Source: Candidatus Latescibacterota bacterium (GTDB lineage Bacteria > Latescibacterota > UBA2968 > UBA8231). Taken from it: a stretch of DNA of 64,000 bases. This document shows positions 1 to 9,138 of this stretch, one piece after another. Position 1 is the stretch's first letter. Each line of letters begins with the position of its first letter. The notes beneath the pieces were generated by a model. The model saw only the letters and a program-made list of their open reading frames with translations, had not been told where the DNA came from and did no database searches. The DNA lies in the NCBI GenBank assembly GCA_965248265.1, contig CBDFJF010000001.1, positions 544,001 to 608,000 of the forward strand. Reading direction: 5' to 3'. A program made the position numbers and the translations under genes.

Positions 1-603
1 CTCAACCCCAGATTCATCGGGCAGCCGCGCACCTTTTTTGCGACCATTAGCGCGCCGGGCGAAGTCGGTGTCGTGCGAGACCTCAATGTGAGGTTCGGCG
101 ATCGGCCTGTTCCCGAAGAAGAGGTGCTTGCGCTCAACGCCAACTACGTGTCGCTGGAGTTGACGCCCAGAGGAGCGGGAGAGCTCGAAGTTCTGGTCGC
201 GAACCGCTACCAGGAGATTGGTGCGGGAAGTGATTTCCATCTGCAAGTGCAATTCGCCAACCGGGGAACGGCAACCGTGCACAACGTCGAGGCAGTCATC
301 GACCTGCCGTATCGTTGGGGGAGCACGGTCGAGCCGAACTTGATAGAATCGATCGAGCCCGGCCGCAGAATCTCCATCCTGGTGTCCGCGAGCCCACCAG
401 ATGAGGTCGCCTCCGCCACCTACGAAATGGGGATCATGGCCCGTGGCCAGGTCGGCAACGAAAACGTCGAATCACGCAAAAAGAGCATCACCATACGCCT
501 GCAACCGTCCTCCGGAACAGCGACAAAATTGCTGCTGGTTGGTGCGGTACTGACGGTGATCATAGTCGTCGGTGTTGCCGCCGTAAGGATAACTCGGCGA
601 TGA
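1..603 (+). CDS. NEW3/Ig-like domain membrane-anchored protein, 5'-truncated by the window edge; paralog of the next gene
   Basis: Frame is open from base 1 (LNPRFIGQPRTFF...). NxG...LPxxW...EP..IESIEPG pattern of NPCBM-associated NEW3 domains. C-terminal hydrophobic helix ending in RR. Aligns by eye with the C-terminal third of 600..2201. Confidence 0.7.
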   Translation, partial: LNPRFIGQPRTFFATISAPGEVGVVRDLNVRFGDRPVPEEEVLALNANYVSLELTPRGAGELEVLVANRYQEIGAGSDFHLQVQFANRGTATVHNVEAVIDLPYRWGSTVEPNLIESIEPGRRISILVSASPPDEVASATYEMGIMARGQVGNENVESRKKSITIRLQPSSGTATKLLLVGAVLTVIIVVGVAAVRITRR

Positions 604-2201
604 TCAAAGTGACATCGACAATCGCAGCACGCGTCGGTCTGCGGTGGCTGTCAATCGTGTTGGCGATCGGCGGCAACCCAGTACCCGCACAAGAGCCCGG
701 TTTCGATTCCTTTGCTCAACGACCGCAACAGGTGAGAACGCAGGCGCAGCGGCTATACGACCTGCAAGTACACAAAGCCCGCTGGAAGGTAGACCGTCAG
801 AAACTGGAAATGGAAAGCAGGAAAAGCGATTACGAAGCAACTCGCGACCTGTTCGATCAAAAGATCGAAACACTCGATCGCCTGCATAGAGCGCTGAGCG
901 AGTACCGGCAGTCGAGCCTTGCGTTCGAGGCGGCACAACTGCAACTGGAGCGCACGCGCCTGTCGTTTCTGACCGATGCCACGCACATCGCCATCTTGGA
1001 AGCGAAGAAGTACCGCACCGCCGACGGACGCAGGCGTGTCGACCTCCTGATCCAGAACGATTCTAATCTCGCTCAGGCGACATCACTCAATCCAGATAGA
1101 GCAGTTGACGACGTCCGCAAACTCCTCGAAGTCCAGGATATCGAAGTATCGCTGCAGGAACAGTCGACAGGCCTCATCATCGCCGAGCCCTACGAGTTGA
1201 CAGTGCCGTCGCTGAAGCACGGGCAAGTGGAGCGCTTGAGTTTTCGATTGATGGAAGACCATGATGACGTCCTCGTAGCGATGGCGGTTCATGGTAGCCG
1301 AAGACAAAACAAGCACATTGTCCTGCGACGAGAAGCCCTGCAGGAGATGCCCTCGCTGTCCTCAGCCCAGTTCTCGCAGGAAGCCGATCTCAATTCGAGG
1401 GTGCGATTCGACCTCGCCATCGAACGACTGGCAGAGGAGGAGCGTGCCTACCATTTGGCCGTGGTCAATCTGCCACAGGAAATCGATGCCTTTTTCTTCG
1501 ACCGGAAGACTGGGGCTGAGCTGCCACAGATCAAGCTCGACGGAAAGACCACCAGACGTGAGGTCGACCTCGAGTTGCGTATCCCAGCGAAATTGGATTC
1601 GCAGTTCGTCGGCGCACCCCTCGTGTTCTACGCTCTGGTCACTGACCAGGAAGGGATCAGGCGAATCGGGCATCTCGGCGATGAGTATGGTGTGAGTGCG
1701 ATCCCGGTTACCCGGATCATCGAGGACGGCGGGAACAACACACAGCGGTTGGAGTTGACGGCGCGAGGACGCGCCGGATTGGAGATCGTCGTCAACGAGC
1801 GCTATCACGAAGTCGGCAGTGGAGATCCAGTCTTAGTGCAGGTTGACCTGTTCAATCCGGGTACACAGCGAGTGATCGAAGTCCGCGTGGATGTCGCCGT
1901 GCCACTGGGCTGGACCTACATGATGGTGCCGGATGAGATCTCGGCACTGATGCCGGGCGAGCGCGAGTCCATGAGTGTCACACTGACCCCAGGTTCGGCA
2001 GAAGGAGTCAGCGAATACGACATTCGCCTGTTCGCCCAGGCCGTCGCGGGCAACGGTGAAAAGATCGAGGCCACCGAGGAGGACATCGCCATTCGCATAG
2101 AACCCCGAGCTGCCGTATGGACCAGTGTTCTCATCATCGCTGCGATGCTGTGCCTGGTCGTGGCCCTGGTTATTGTCACTATCAGGACCAGCCGCCGCTG
2201 A
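600..2201 (+). CDS. Exported protein with N-terminal coiled-coil hairpin, Ig-like/NEW3 domains and C-terminal TM anchor
   Basis: 533 aa with signal-peptide-like N-terminus, NPG...VPLGW...PDEISALMPGE NEW3 pattern, C-terminal TM plus RR. ATGA overlap with the upstream paralog. Confidence 0.7.
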   Translation: MIKVTSTIAARVGLRWLSIVLAIGGNPVPAQEPGFDSFAQRPQQVRTQAQRLYDLQVHKARWKVDRQKLEMESRKSDYEATRDLFDQKIETLDRLHRALSEYRQSSLAFEAAQLQLERTRLSFLTDATHIAILEAKKYRTADGRRRVDLLIQNDSNLAQATSLNPDRAVDDVRKLLEVQDIEVSLQEQSTGLIIAEPYELTVPSLKHGQVERLSFRLMEDHDDVLVAMAVHGSRRQNKHIVLRREALQEMPSLSSAQFSQEADLNSRVRFDLAIERLAEEERAYHLAVVNLPQEIDAFFFDRKTGAELPQIKLDGKTTRREVDLELRIPAKLDSQFVGAPLVFYALVTDQEGIRRIGHLGDEYGVSAIPVTRIIEDGGNNTQRLELTARGRAGLEIVVNERYHEVGSGDPVLVQVDLFNPGTQRVIEVRVDVAVPLGWTYMMVPDEISALMPGERESMSVTLTPGSAEGVSEYDIRLFAQAVAGNGEKIEATEEDIAIRIEPRAAVWTSVLIIAAMLCLVVALVIVTIRTSRR

Positions 2202-2249
2202 TGCCCTTGTAGACCCTGATTTAGCCCCTTCGAGCAGGAAGATAGCCGC

Positions 2250-2278
2250 TTGCCGAATCCTACCTTGTGGTGTAAGTT
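2250..2278 (+). promoter_or_regulatory. Putative sigma70 promoter
   Basis: TTGCCG-17bp-TAAGTT about 105 bp upstream of the ATG at 2383. Confidence 0.4.
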
Positions 2279-2382
2279 GCAGACAATGGTGAGGGGGATC
2301 CAGGGAGGGAACGGGCGATGTGCGATGGTCAGCACGCCAGTGTGGACATCCCGCCAGTACGCGACGATGTGGTGAGTTGAGA

Positions 2383-3180
2383 ATGAAAGACGATATTGGC
2401 GACCTGCTGAAAAACTGGCCCTTCGATCCCGACGAGTTCATCGCCCGGCGGATAACGGCCAGAGACGGTACCGAAAAGATCCAGATCCGCATCGACATGG
2501 GTGTGCTGCAGCTCGAAGTCGAGGGCCGGCCTGACGGTGAACGCCCCCACGATCGCGCGTCGCTGCTATCCTACTATCAAAAGCAAGCAGAGGAATCGGC
2601 AGACGTCACATCAGAGGCGGGTACCAGCCCGCTCGACGAAGAGGCATGCGAGGACCTGTTCCAGGAAGCCTGGCAGTACTACCAGCGTTATTTGAGCCTG
2701 TTTTATCTCGAGGATTTCGCCGGCGTCGTCCGTGATACCCAGCACAATCTCGAAATCTTCGATCTGGTCCAGAGTCACGCCGACAGCGACGAGGCCAAGT
2801 GGTATTTCGAGCAGTACTATCCCCATGCCGTGATGATGCGCGCTCGATCGAGGGCCATGCTTCATCTGGAGGAAGAGAACTACCCCGCGGCCCTGACCGA
2901 GGTCGAGGGCGGCATCGATCAGATCGAACGCTTCATTGAAGAGTGGGAAGGGGAGATCGCCGACGAGGAACTGCCGGAGCTGTCGTTCCTGCGTGACTGG
3001 TACGAAGAGCTTGAAAAGGAGCGTCCGTTGTCGCGCCAGGAGGAGTTGGAGAGAGACCTGACCGTGGCCGTCGATGCCGAGAACTTCGAAGAAGCTGCCC
3101 GCCTCAGAGACAAGCTCCGCATGATGCGTCCTGTTTTTCGGGGACCCAATCCCGAACGGTCTTCGTCCTCCTCCGCCTGA
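2383..3180 (+). CDS. UvrB/UvrC-motif-containing helical protein
   Basis: C-terminal LERDLTVAVDAENFEEAARLRDKL is a UVR motif; N-terminal IQIRIDMGVLQLEVEGRPDGERP block. Start moved to ATG 2383. Confidence 0.75.
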   Translation: MKDDIGDLLKNWPFDPDEFIARRITARDGTEKIQIRIDMGVLQLEVEGRPDGERPHDRASLLSYYQKQAEESADVTSEAGTSPLDEEACEDLFQEAWQYYQRYLSLFYLEDFAGVVRDTQHNLEIFDLVQSHADSDEAKWYFEQYYPHAVMMRARSRAMLHLEEENYPAALTEVEGGIDQIERFIEEWEGEIADEELPELSFLRDWYEELEKERPLSRQEELERDLTVAVDAENFEEAARLRDKLRMMRPVFRGPNPERSSSSSA

Positions 3181-3191
3181 TCCCGACGCCC

Positions 3192-3995
3192 TCAGCCGGA
3201 CAGCACGTCCCCCATATCATACAGCCCTGGCTCGGCATTCACGACAAAACGAACTGCTCGGATTGCGCCAACTGCGAACGCATCACGGCTGGTCGCATGG
3301 TGGCGTAGCTCGAGGTACTCGCCCCCAGCTCCAAAAAAGACCGAATGATCGCCGGCGACATCGCCCAGTCGCAGCGCATGCATGCCGATCTCCTTGCGCG
3401 TCCGCTCACCCACGGCCCCTTCCCGCCCGTGGACGATGACCTCTTCCAGGTTGCGTCGAAGACCCCGTGCCGCGCCCTCAGCCAATCTTAGGGCCGTTCC
3501 GCTCGGGGCATCCACTTTGTGTCTGTGATGCGCTTCGACCACCTCGACGTCGTAGTCGTCTCCGAGAATGCCCGCCGCCTCTTCCACCAGTCTGAACAGC
3601 ACATTCATCGCGGTACTGAAGTTGGGAGCGAACACGCACGCGACCTGTTCGACGGACCTCTTGAATTCGCTCAGTTGATCAGCACTCATCCCGGTCGTTC
3701 CCACGACCAGAGCGCAGCCGTGGCGGGCGCAAACCGCGGCATGTTGAACCGTCGCTGCGGGGGCCGTGAAGGCGATGACGACATCCGCGGCGGCGATCAC
3801 CGTCTCCAGGTCGTCGACCACCTCACCAGCAGCCTCCCCCCCGCCGACCAGCGCAGACACGGGCGAGCCGACAGCCTCGTGACCCGGAGCCTCAACACCT
3901 CCGACGAGCTCCAGGCCTTCGCCCTCGATCGTCAGAGCAGCCAGTCGCTGGCCCATGCGGCCGGCAACGCCGGTTACGACTACACGTATCCTCAA
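3192..3995 (-). CDS. dapB: 4-hydroxy-tetrahydrodipicolinate reductase
   Basis: GVAGRMG, VVGTTG, EAHHRHKVDAPSGTA motifs. Confidence 0.97.
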   Translation of the reverse strand: MRIRVVVTGVAGRMGQRLAALTIEGEGLELVGGVEAPGHEAVGSPVSALVGGGEAAGEVVDDLETVIAAADVVIAFTAPAATVQHAAVCARHGCALVVGTTGMSADQLSEFKRSVEQVACVFAPNFSTAMNVLFRLVEEAAGILGDDYDVEVVEAHHRHKVDAPSGTALRLAEGAARGLRRNLEEVIVHGREGAVGERTRKEIGMHALRLGDVAGDHSVFFGAGGEYLELRHHATSRDAFAVGAIRAVRFVVNAEPGLYDMGDVLSG

Positions 3996-4007
3996 GATTT
4001 CCTCTTT

Positions 4008-5045
4008 TCAGTAGGCGGCGTAGGTCAGCCCCTGAAGCGCGGTCGCGTCATTGAGACGGGCTTCGACATCGACGCCGAAGCATTCGCCTATTGGACTCAG
4101 CACAGATGGGTCGTTGGCGTGGACGGCCAGAGCCGCCTGGACGATCACCTCCAAACCAGCGGGTGTCATCTTGCCCAGGGGTCGGCGGCAGGGCCCGGAA
4201 GGCATGCCCAGAACGGTCATCAGACTCTTGACCGGCACGGGATTGCGCGCCTTGCACTCGACGCTGCCGTGCGACGACGCCTCGGTCGTTGTGACGCCGA
4301 CGCAGCCGAACAGAGGTTGCAGATTCGCGGCGATCTGTTCAGCGCCGGCAATATCCCCGTCGTTCAGCATCTGGGTCATGTTCACCAGCGGGCCGGGTAT
4401 CACGTTCGACATCACGGAGATAACGCCAGCCGCCTTGATGTCATCGCGCTTCATCATCTCCACGGTCTTGTCGTCGTCCCCCGACAGGATGCTGAAACTG
4501 TCACCGCATAGCCGGCGCGTCTTGGCCATGTTGTCGAAGTCGCCGGTGGCTTCCTTCACCGTGGTGACATTGCCGTGAGATTCGGCAAGAATAGCGAGGT
4601 CCTCTACGTGCATCATCGTTCCCGTGCGCCCGGGAATGATGTATGGGATGATCGGCATGTCGGGAAACTCCGTGGCCACCGGTTCGACGTACTCGCGGCG
4701 GATCTCCAGAGAGCTGGGGCCGTTGTAGTAGGGGTCCACCAGCAGTACCCCGTCTGCGTGCACATGCGCTGCGTGCTCGGTGCCGGCGAGAGTTTCGCGC
4801 GTGGAGTTGCTGCCGGTACCCGCGACCAGTTGACAGTGTCCTTCGGTGGCGCTGCGGCTGCGCTCGATCACCTCGTTGTGCTCTTCCCACAGCAAGGTTG
4901 GACTCTCGCCGGTGGTGCCAACCGCTATGATTCCCTGGATTCCGTTGGCAATTTGAAATTCCAGCAGGTTATCGAGCCCGTCGTAATCGACGCTGCCGTC
5001 ATCACGCATCGGGGTTACCGAAGCCGTGTAACATCCTTTGAACAT
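4008..5045 (-). CDS. dapA: 4-hydroxy-tetrahydrodipicolinate synthase
   Basis: GTTGESPTL, GTGSNST, PYYN, YIIPGRTG, catalytic KEATG; adjacent to dapB. Confidence 0.95.
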   Translation of the reverse strand: MFKGCYTASVTPMRDDGSVDYDGLDNLLEFQIANGIQGIIAVGTTGESPTLLWEEHNEVIERSRSATEGHCQLVAGTGSNSTRETLAGTEHAAHVHADGVLLVDPYYNGPSSLEIRREYVEPVATEFPDMPIIPYIIPGRTGTMMHVEDLAILAESHGNVTTVKEATGDFDNMAKTRRLCGDSFSILSGDDDKTVEMMKRDDIKAAGVISVMSNVIPGPLVNMTQMLNDGDIAGAEQIAANLQPLFGCVGVTTTEASSHGSVECKARNPVPVKSLMTVLGMPSGPCRRPLGKMTPAGLEVIVQAALAVHANDPSVLSPIGECFGVDVEARLNDATALQGLTYAAY

Positions 5046-5131
5046 GATATCACCTTGAGAGCTTGCGAATGATCTGCGAAGAAAGTAGGGTTGAGAGCGC
5101 CCGTCACAGCTGTAACGGGGCGAGCGTCCAT

Positions 5132-5160
5132 GATATAACGCGCAGAAAATACAGTGTCAA
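5132..5160 (-). promoter_or_regulatory. Putative sigma70 promoter of dapA-dapB
   Basis: Minus strand TTGACA-17bp-TATATC upstream of dapA. Confidence 0.5.
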
Positions 5161-5206
5161 CGTAGTCGCGCCCGGGAACGGCGCGTTCGCAATCAGTGGA
5201 GATCAC

Positions 5207-6394
5207 ATGGCTGAAGAATTGAGCATGCGTTACGGAGTCAACCCGCACCAGGCTTCAGCCCGCTGTACCAGCACCGGAGCCATGCCGTTGCGCGTCCTGA
5301 ACGGCTCACCCAGCTACATCAACCTGATGGATGCGCTCAATTCCTGGCAACTGGTGCGGGAGCTGAGACAGGCTTGCCGTCTGCCCGCCGCTGCCTCCTT
5401 CAAACACGTCAGTCCTGCCGGTGCCGCAGTCGGAGTACCGTTGAATGACACCTTGCGCGATGCCCTGTTCGTACGCGCCACCGGTAACGGCGAGCAGGAG
5501 TTGAGCCCGCTGGCCACCGCTTATGTGCGTGCCAGGGGAGCTGACCGCATGGCGTCATACGGCGACTGGATCGCACTGAGCGATCGCGTCGACGCCAGTA
5601 CCGCACAGGTTATCAAAGCGGAAGCTTCCGATGGCGTCATCGCCCCTGACTACGACCCGGACGCTCTTGAAATACTGAAGAACAAGAAGGGGGGACAGTA
5701 CCGGATTCTCGCCGTCGATCCTGACTTCGAACCCGAGTCGTCGGAGACCCGCCAGATTTTTGGTCTGACACTCGAGCAACACCGCAACGATTTCGTACCG
5801 GATCGGTCTTTCTTTGAAAACATAGTGACGCAGAGGCGCGAACTCGGCTCCGATGCGATCCGCGATTTGACCGTCGCCACGATAGCGGTCAAATACACCC
5901 AATCGAACTCGGTCTGTCTGGCCATGGATGGCCAGGTGATCGGCGTTGGGGCCGGACAACAGTCGCGCGTGCATTGCGTGCGACTGGCCGCGGACAAGGC
6001 GGACCTTTGGTACCTGCGCCAGCACCCGCGGGTACGTAGTGAACTGAAATTCCGCAAAGGCATCAAACGCCCGGAGCGGGACAACGCAGTGGATCTGTTT
6101 CTTCAGAAAGAGGTCTCGGAAATCGAGCGACCGGCCTGGCTGAGAAGCTTTGCGGAGGAACCCCAACAACTCACCGAAGTGGAGAAACGCCAATGGCTGG
6201 ACGGCCTCAAGTCGGTCGCATTGAGTTCAGACGCGTTCTTTCCATTCCGTGACAACATCGATCGAGCCAGCCGCAGTGGTGTCGAATACATCGTACAGGC
6301 TGGCGGATCGATCATGGACGAGCAGGTGGTCAAAGCCGCTGACGAGTACGGTATGCTGATGGTCCATTCGGGCGTGCGCCTGTTCCACCATTGA
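5207..6394 (+). CDS. purH: AICAR transformylase (PurH C-terminal domain only, no IMP cyclohydrolase domain)
   Basis: Starts at RYGVNPHQ; SFKHVSPAG, KYTQSNSV, GAGQQSRVHC, SSDAFFPFRD, RLFHH. GGAG SD before ATG 5207. Confidence 0.92.
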   Translation: MAEELSMRYGVNPHQASARCTSTGAMPLRVLNGSPSYINLMDALNSWQLVRELRQACRLPAAASFKHVSPAGAAVGVPLNDTLRDALFVRATGNGEQELSPLATAYVRARGADRMASYGDWIALSDRVDASTAQVIKAEASDGVIAPDYDPDALEILKNKKGGQYRILAVDPDFEPESSETRQIFGLTLEQHRNDFVPDRSFFENIVTQRRELGSDAIRDLTVATIAVKYTQSNSVCLAMDGQVIGVGAGQQSRVHCVRLAADKADLWYLRQHPRVRSELKFRKGIKRPERDNAVDLFLQKEVSEIERPAWLRSFAEEPQQLTEVEKRQWLDGLKSVALSSDAFFPFRDNIDRASRSGVEYIVQAGGSIMDEQVVKAADEYGMLMVHSGVRLFHH

Positions 6395-6416
6395 AAGAAG
6401 GACAGCCGCTGGCCTT

Positions 6417-7190
6417 TCAGAGCGGCGCCAGCCACCCTCCGTCCACAGGCAGGGCAGTACCGGTTATCCACTCCGCGTCCTCCGAGGCAAAAAACACACA
6501 GGCGCGACCGATATCGCGGGGCAATCCCAGGCGCGGAAGTGGGGTCTTGTCCCGGCACCATTCGATTTGATCGGGCGTCAGATAGTCCTGGATCGGGGTC
6601 TCGATGTAGCCCGGGCAAATGGCGTTCGCCGTCACCCCGTCGGCCCCGAGTTCGACAGCCGCGTTGCGGGTCATGTTGACGACCCCTGCCTTCGCGGTAG
6701 CGTAGGCAGGGCCGCCTCCACCTCCGAATGCATGAATCGATGCGATGTTGATGATGCGGCCAGCCTGCGACTCCTTCAGGTGAGGAATGCAGTACTTCGA
6801 AGTAAGATACAGGGCGCGGAGATTCACCCCGACGACCCGATCCCAGTCGGCCGTCGGCATCGATTCAGTCGTTCCAGGAATGTGGATGCCGGCGTTGTTG
6901 ACGAGGATGTCAATACCGCCAAAACGCTCGACGGTGGTTGAAATCAGACCAGCAACGGCCGTCTCGTCGGCGATGTCGAGCTGGACGAAAAGTCCTTCGC
7001 TGCCGATTTTTTCGATTTCCGCCACCGTCGGAGTGACCAGATCACGCTCATGGTACTTGCCTTGTTTTGGCTGCTCCTGGACATCCGCGACGACAACACG
7101 GGCGCCCTCGCGCGCCAGTTCGAGACAGATGCCCCGACCGATTCCTGAGCTGCCCCCGGTGACGATGGCTGTGCGGTTTTCCAGTGACAT
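6417..7190 (-). CDS. Short-chain dehydrogenase/reductase (FabG-like family)
   Basis: TGGSSGIG, NNAG, YATAK, PGYIET, VDGG motifs. Confidence 0.93.
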   Translation of the reverse strand: MSLENRTAIVTGGSSGIGRGICLELAREGARVVVADVQEQPKQGKYHERDLVTPTVAEIEKIGSEGLFVQLDIADETAVAGLISTTVERFGGIDILVNNAGIHIPGTTESMPTADWDRVVGVNLRALYLTSKYCIPHLKESQAGRIINIASIHAFGGGGGPAYATAKAGVVNMTRNAAVELGADGVTANAICPGYIETPIQDYLTPDQIEWCRDKTPLPRLGLPRDIGRACVFFASEDAEWITGTALPVDGGWLAPL

Positions 7191-7302
7191 GAAGACGAAC
7201 CCTCTCAATCCGCTTAGTGGCGTCGCTGCAAATCCTGGCTGCGACTACTGCCCAAATACTGCGCCCGTGCGTCCAGCCACGCAACCACCGGCCACTCACC
7301 GC

Positions 7303-7920
7303 ATGATTCTTGCATGTGTGCTGGCGGTGCTGTTGCTCTGTGTTGCCGTGTCGGTGGAAACGGCCCAAGCGCAGGTTTCTGACATCGGCATGGAGGCCAT
7401 AGCCGTCTCCAGAGCCGCCAAGGACAGTCTGTTCCGCTCCTCCGACCCGAATTCACCGATTCCCGCCGAAAGCCGCAATAGCTTCCCGGGCCTTTCCTAT
7501 TTCAAGCCCGACCAGGCCTATAGCTTCAATGGAGAATTGCATCGCTACGGCCGGCCGCGCCAGGTGGAGTTGCTGACAAATACCGGATCCCACCTCCCCT
7601 TGGAGCGCTTTGGCAGGCTCTTTTTCCGCTTCGATGGAAAGGTCTTCTGGTTGGAAATCCATCGGAATATGGAAGCCGGAGAGTTGTCTATTTTTTTCAC
7701 CGATGAGACCAACGGCGACCAGACCTATTCGGGAGGCCGTTACGTGCCGTTGACGGCCTTGGAAAATGGGACCTATCTTGTAGATTTTAATAGATCTTAC
7801 AACCCATACTGCGCCTACAATCCCAGTTACATCTGTCCGCTACCTCCAGCTCACAACCATTTGCCGTTTGCAGTGTTGGCCGGCGAGCGCTCATATGGTC
7901 CGAATGTTGCTCATCCGTGA
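7303..7920 (+). CDS. DUF1684 family exported protein
   Basis: Signal peptide; FTDETNGDQTYSGGRY, DFNRSYNPYCAYN..CPLPP..N.L...V.AGE. Confidence 0.9.
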   Translation: MILACVLAVLLLCVAVSVETAQAQVSDIGMEAIAVSRAAKDSLFRSSDPNSPIPAESRNSFPGLSYFKPDQAYSFNGELHRYGRPRQVELLTNTGSHLPLERFGRLFFRFDGKVFWLEIHRNMEAGELSIFFTDETNGDQTYSGGRYVPLTALENGTYLVDFNRSYNPYCAYNPSYICPLPPAHNHLPFAVLAGERSYGPNVAHP

Positions 7921-8004
7921 ATCGGACCTTACTGTTCTATTGGTTAATGCTGGAACGGTACACTGTAATTGCATGCATCAGCGCCAAGCACAGGAGGTCC
8001 ATTG

Positions 8005-8244
8005 ATGGATATTGCCAGGCGGCTTTTCGCCAGGGAAGTTGACTTCAAGATTGAAACGACGGAAAACTCGTACGCCGCATGTCGCGCGCTGTCAATCAGG
8101 GCGCGACATCTGAACTCCCGCTTCAGGGATCTACCCGAGGGAGCGGTCGACGACAGCAACAACCCGACTGTGGGCGCGCTAAAGGATTACTCACAAGGCC
8201 GGATCGTACTCTCGGAAAATGAGGGGGAGGCCGCCCAGGAGTAA
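8005..8244 (+). CDS. rpoZ: RNA polymerase omega subunit-like protein
   Basis: 79 aa; NSYAACRALSIRARHLN...NPTVGALKDYSQGRI resembles omega N.Y....A.RAR.L...KP...AL.E...G.I; GGAGG SD. Confidence 0.6.
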   Translation: MDIARRLFAREVDFKIETTENSYAACRALSIRARHLNSRFRDLPEGAVDDSNNPTVGALKDYSQGRIVLSENEGEAAQE

Positions 8245-8295
8245 CACCTCGCCGCGGGGCCACGGTAGCCGTCGCCACCTGCACACGAATCGAAT

Positions 8296-8958
8296 ATGTG
8301 GCGCTTTCTAATCGTATCGGCCATCGGAGCCCTCGGCATTCTGGTAGGCCAGGCTGTCCTGGGTTTAGGTCTTTATCCCGGCGCACTGGCTCCTGTCGCA
8401 GCGCTGTTCCAGGGAGCCGTCCTTCTCATCGCGGGTACGGCCCTCTTCGTTTCCGGCATGCTCGGCCTCGCCCAGGGCTACGAGCAGGTCGCCAGCACCC
8501 TGCAACACCTTCTCAATACTAAAGACACCACAGAAGATCCTCCAGCCGTTGCCGATAGTGAGCAGCTCGGCCATCGCAACGATGGTTTCTGGCGCGCTTA
8601 CCAGAGATCGGCCGTTGGCATCTGCCTGTTCGTCGGCGGCCTCCTTGCCCTTGTGATCGGACTGGATCGGTACAGCTTCAATCTGTATGTCACCGCAGTC
8701 GGTTCCGGTGTCGGCATCCTGGGATTAGTGGCGTTCGCCTTTCTCGTTCAAGGCTGGAGAGGGATGAGACGCACCCACAGTGACGTTCTGCAGTCTTCGG
8801 CCGCACTGGGAAAATTGCCCGATATCAGTACCGAGAAGGAGCCCGGGCCACGCTCAAGGCCCAAATTTGCCCGTAGGTACACCCTTTTCGAGAAAAACCG
8901 CGGGCATGGGAGCTCCGATTTTCAGCAGCAGCGCCGCAACCGTGCGTCTGGCCTTTGA
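8296..8958 (+). CDS. Hypothetical membrane protein (about 4 TM helices)
   Basis: 220 aa with two pairs of hydrophobic segments and a basic C-terminal tail. Confidence 0.65.
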   Translation: MWRFLIVSAIGALGILVGQAVLGLGLYPGALAPVAALFQGAVLLIAGTALFVSGMLGLAQGYEQVASTLQHLLNTKDTTEDPPAVADSEQLGHRNDGFWRAYQRSAVGICLFVGGLLALVIGLDRYSFNLYVTAVGSGVGILGLVAFAFLVQGWRGMRRTHSDVLQSSAALGKLPDISTEKEPGPRSRPKFARRYTLFEKNRGHGSSDFQQQRRNRASGL

Positions 8959-9138
8959 TCGTACGTCCACCCCTCTTTCCTCCCATTTACAGCCCTTAGG
9001 CAGAAATTTCTGCAGCATTGGGAAAGACTTTCCCGTATCATTAGTGCAGAAGCATGTCGACGGCGCTTCATGTTCCTAAACATAAATTAATTATTTACTG
9101 TAACTTAGGATCGTTATAGTACCTTTTTTCCCGTCGGG

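Noticed and set aside
5046-5206. ZMP/ZTP (pfl) riboswitch before purH
   Set aside because: Only a small hairpin is present; the conserved GACUGGCG/GUGGG and CGCCUGGG elements are not found
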